Shown: positions 61,932-64,000 of the stretch, piece by piece
Numbering within the stretch: the first letter of the stretch is position 1
Layout of the letters: each line of letters starts with the position of its first letter
Assembly: GCA_020891255.1 (NCBI GenBank)
Contig: BQFW01000002.1
Location: 3,100,001-3,164,000 of the forward strand
DNA length: 64,000 nucleotides
DNA from: Entomortierella parvispora E1425
Taxonomy: Eukaryota > Fungi > Mortierellomycota
Direction of reading: 5' to 3'
Translations under genes and position numbers: made by a program
The notes under the pieces: model-generated
Databases searched by the model: none
Told to the model about the DNA's origin: nothing
Seen by the model: the letters and a program-made list of their open reading frames with translations, nothing else

Positions 61932-64000
61932 TTCAAATGGTGGGTGCCTGAGGGAAAAAGATGAATGCATGTAAGAATGAAAATTCATGGTCCATGTCTG
62001 TATGGGAATGAAACCGTTCATTCCCCAATTTCAACGCGACGCGTTTTTTTTTTTTTTTTTGTGAGCAATTTTCACCGATTTTCGCTCCCTGGTCTTCACC
62101 CGGACTTGATCGCCTCAATCGCAGCTTTTGTACATGTACAAGAGCCCATATTCATTCTAAGAATCCCAATCTCCAGATCTCAGTCAATACGACACTCATC
62201 ATGGACAACCTTAAGAAGGGGATACTGTCTTGACTGACCATTTCCTTGACCGACATTTTTTCCACAATCTGTCTCCACAATCTGTCTCGGGTGAAAAAAG
62301 GGGTGGGTACTCGATATTTATCGCTCTCGTCTGCACCAATGTCAGAACATGTGCGAAAACCGCATGCCTTGGGTCACGCTTCAACTGAGCTCGAAAAATA
62401 CCCCTCCCCCCCTTCATCTGGACACTTGTACAGTACTTTTGAGGAAAGGAGAAGCTTTGAAGTAGAACATTTTCTGCCATGGAGGCGTTTCAGGGGTGGG
62501 GGTGCAACCACTGGTGCCAGAAACTAGAGATTCTATATATCTGAGAGGTGAACAGCAAGCGGAGACTGTCTCTGGGGAAGTGGCTCGACTGGTACGAGCT
62601 TTTCTGGCTACCTTCATTGAATCTGTCGTTCAGTCTCTCCAAGGAGTTTGATCAGCGGCCGCCCATCCACGGTCCAGCGAGATATGGATCAAGCTGAGCG
62701 GTTCAAGAGTCCGTGCCTGTTGTGATTGGAAGTGTGAAGAAATCCAGGTAGTACCTGAAGTGAGCAAGCATTTTACGCGGTGTCACCCTCAAAAAAAAAA
62801 AAAAAAAAAACAAGTTCACAATGCAACGAGATTCATGGTGATCTCCACCTTTCTCCTTCGTGGTCAAGAGGCAATGACATTTCATCGTGGTCACTCCTAT
62901 GTTCATCGCATCGTCGACGTCGACCCCGTGACCAAACGGCAGTCTGCCTGGACTTTTTTCAAAATGAAATGGCTTGTCTCTTAAAAACGCTTCGTGATGA
63001 GGACATTTTGTGCAACCATGTCAGCAACAACGAAAAAAGCCATCGTTTGCGCAACCCCCCGTCCACCTCGGCCAGACCAGTCACTTAGTGGAGGGTCAGG
63101 TATAAATACCAGACCTTTCTCCCTTTCTTTTTTTCTCCTCAGTCGTCGACGCTCCCGAGGATGGAAAGGATGCAATCTTTTTACCGCCTCAGTGGGTCCT
63201 TCACCATTACTCGCAATTTTCGTGACGCGGGGGCTTCTACTCTTGTCACTCTGTCTGCGGTACTCGATCTTCATGAAGTTGGGTATCGTGGAAAACGTCA
63301 TTAGCCCTTGTAGGTCGCACCCTTGACTTATCATGGATTTTGCTTATCAGTCGCATTGAGCGGCGGGTAGTGAGTGCTGGGCATGCTGGGGAATAAAGGA
63401 AAAAGACATGTTGGCGGGTGGATGTGAGTAGCCGAAAGGCGCATCCATTACCCTGCGAGGAGTGCTCATGAGCTCCTAGGGAACTTTAAAGTTGCGCACG
63501 CCCGCGGGTAGCAGCTTGTAAACACCAAAAAAAACCCCCTTTCTCTTTTCTCTTTTTCGAACATGGTTGCAGAAAAAGACTTTTGAAGACCCCTTTGGGG
63601 CCCTCATTTTTTTTCTGTCTTTTTATTATCGGCATGTAGAAATAGTCACCAATTTCAACCGAACTTTGTGTTATATTTTAGAGGAAATGAAAACATGTCT
63701 GGACCATAAATATCAAGGTGCAATTACGTGGAGTGGTTGGAGAAGGGGGGAAGAGGGAATGTCGGAGGCAAAGTGACCGCGTGTCTGACTTAATGTGGGA
63801 ATTACCTCGCGCTCATTTCAGGTAGAGCCGATGGTGGAGAACTAGCCAACATGGTCCTTCACTGGCCAGTCGACATTGCGCTGATTGAATGCAGGGATGC
63901 AAGTAAGAAGGGGAGGGATGGGCAAGGAATGGAGGCATGCATGAGTGTCATGAGGGTCATTGAACATGCAAAGGGGAATAAAGTTCTCAACCAAACGTTT

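Overview
Gene-dense, intron-rich fungal chromosome segment. Short GT-AG introns, long poly(A)/poly(T) tracts and a single-exon F-box/LRR gene suggest Mortierellaceae (inference). I could reconstruct about 21 protein-coding loci and one tRNA-Glu(TTC). In order: sideroflexin (5' partial), a small basic hypothetical protein, SUT1/SLC45-type sugar transporter, Tco89-like protein, MTFP1/MTP18, PDA1, CDC42, Chz1-like chaperone, DCN1, MLH3, a RAMA + triple-PHD chromatin protein, a broken indoleamine 2,3-dioxygenase, a Crypton-type tyrosine recombinase, CUL4, VPS27, a SNF2 helicase, a TRP/FLC-like membrane protein, a RhoGAP, an M3 oligopeptidase, a two-LIM CSRP-like protein and an F-box/LRR protein. 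Two things stand out. (1) A roughly 1264-aa protein fuses a RAMA domain (predicted modified-adenine DNA reader) to a PHD1-2-3 cassette closely resembling animal MLL/Trithorax, with no SET domain: a candidate 6mA/H3K4me3 dual reader. (2) A roughly 5-kb accessory island (26-31 kb) holds a decayed IDO gene, a 52-bp tandem array of TTCGCGAA palindromes, an intact spliced Crypton recombinase whose first catalytic Arg appears changed to Thr, and a 24-bp tandem repeat. All family assignments come from motif recognition by eye; no database search was run.
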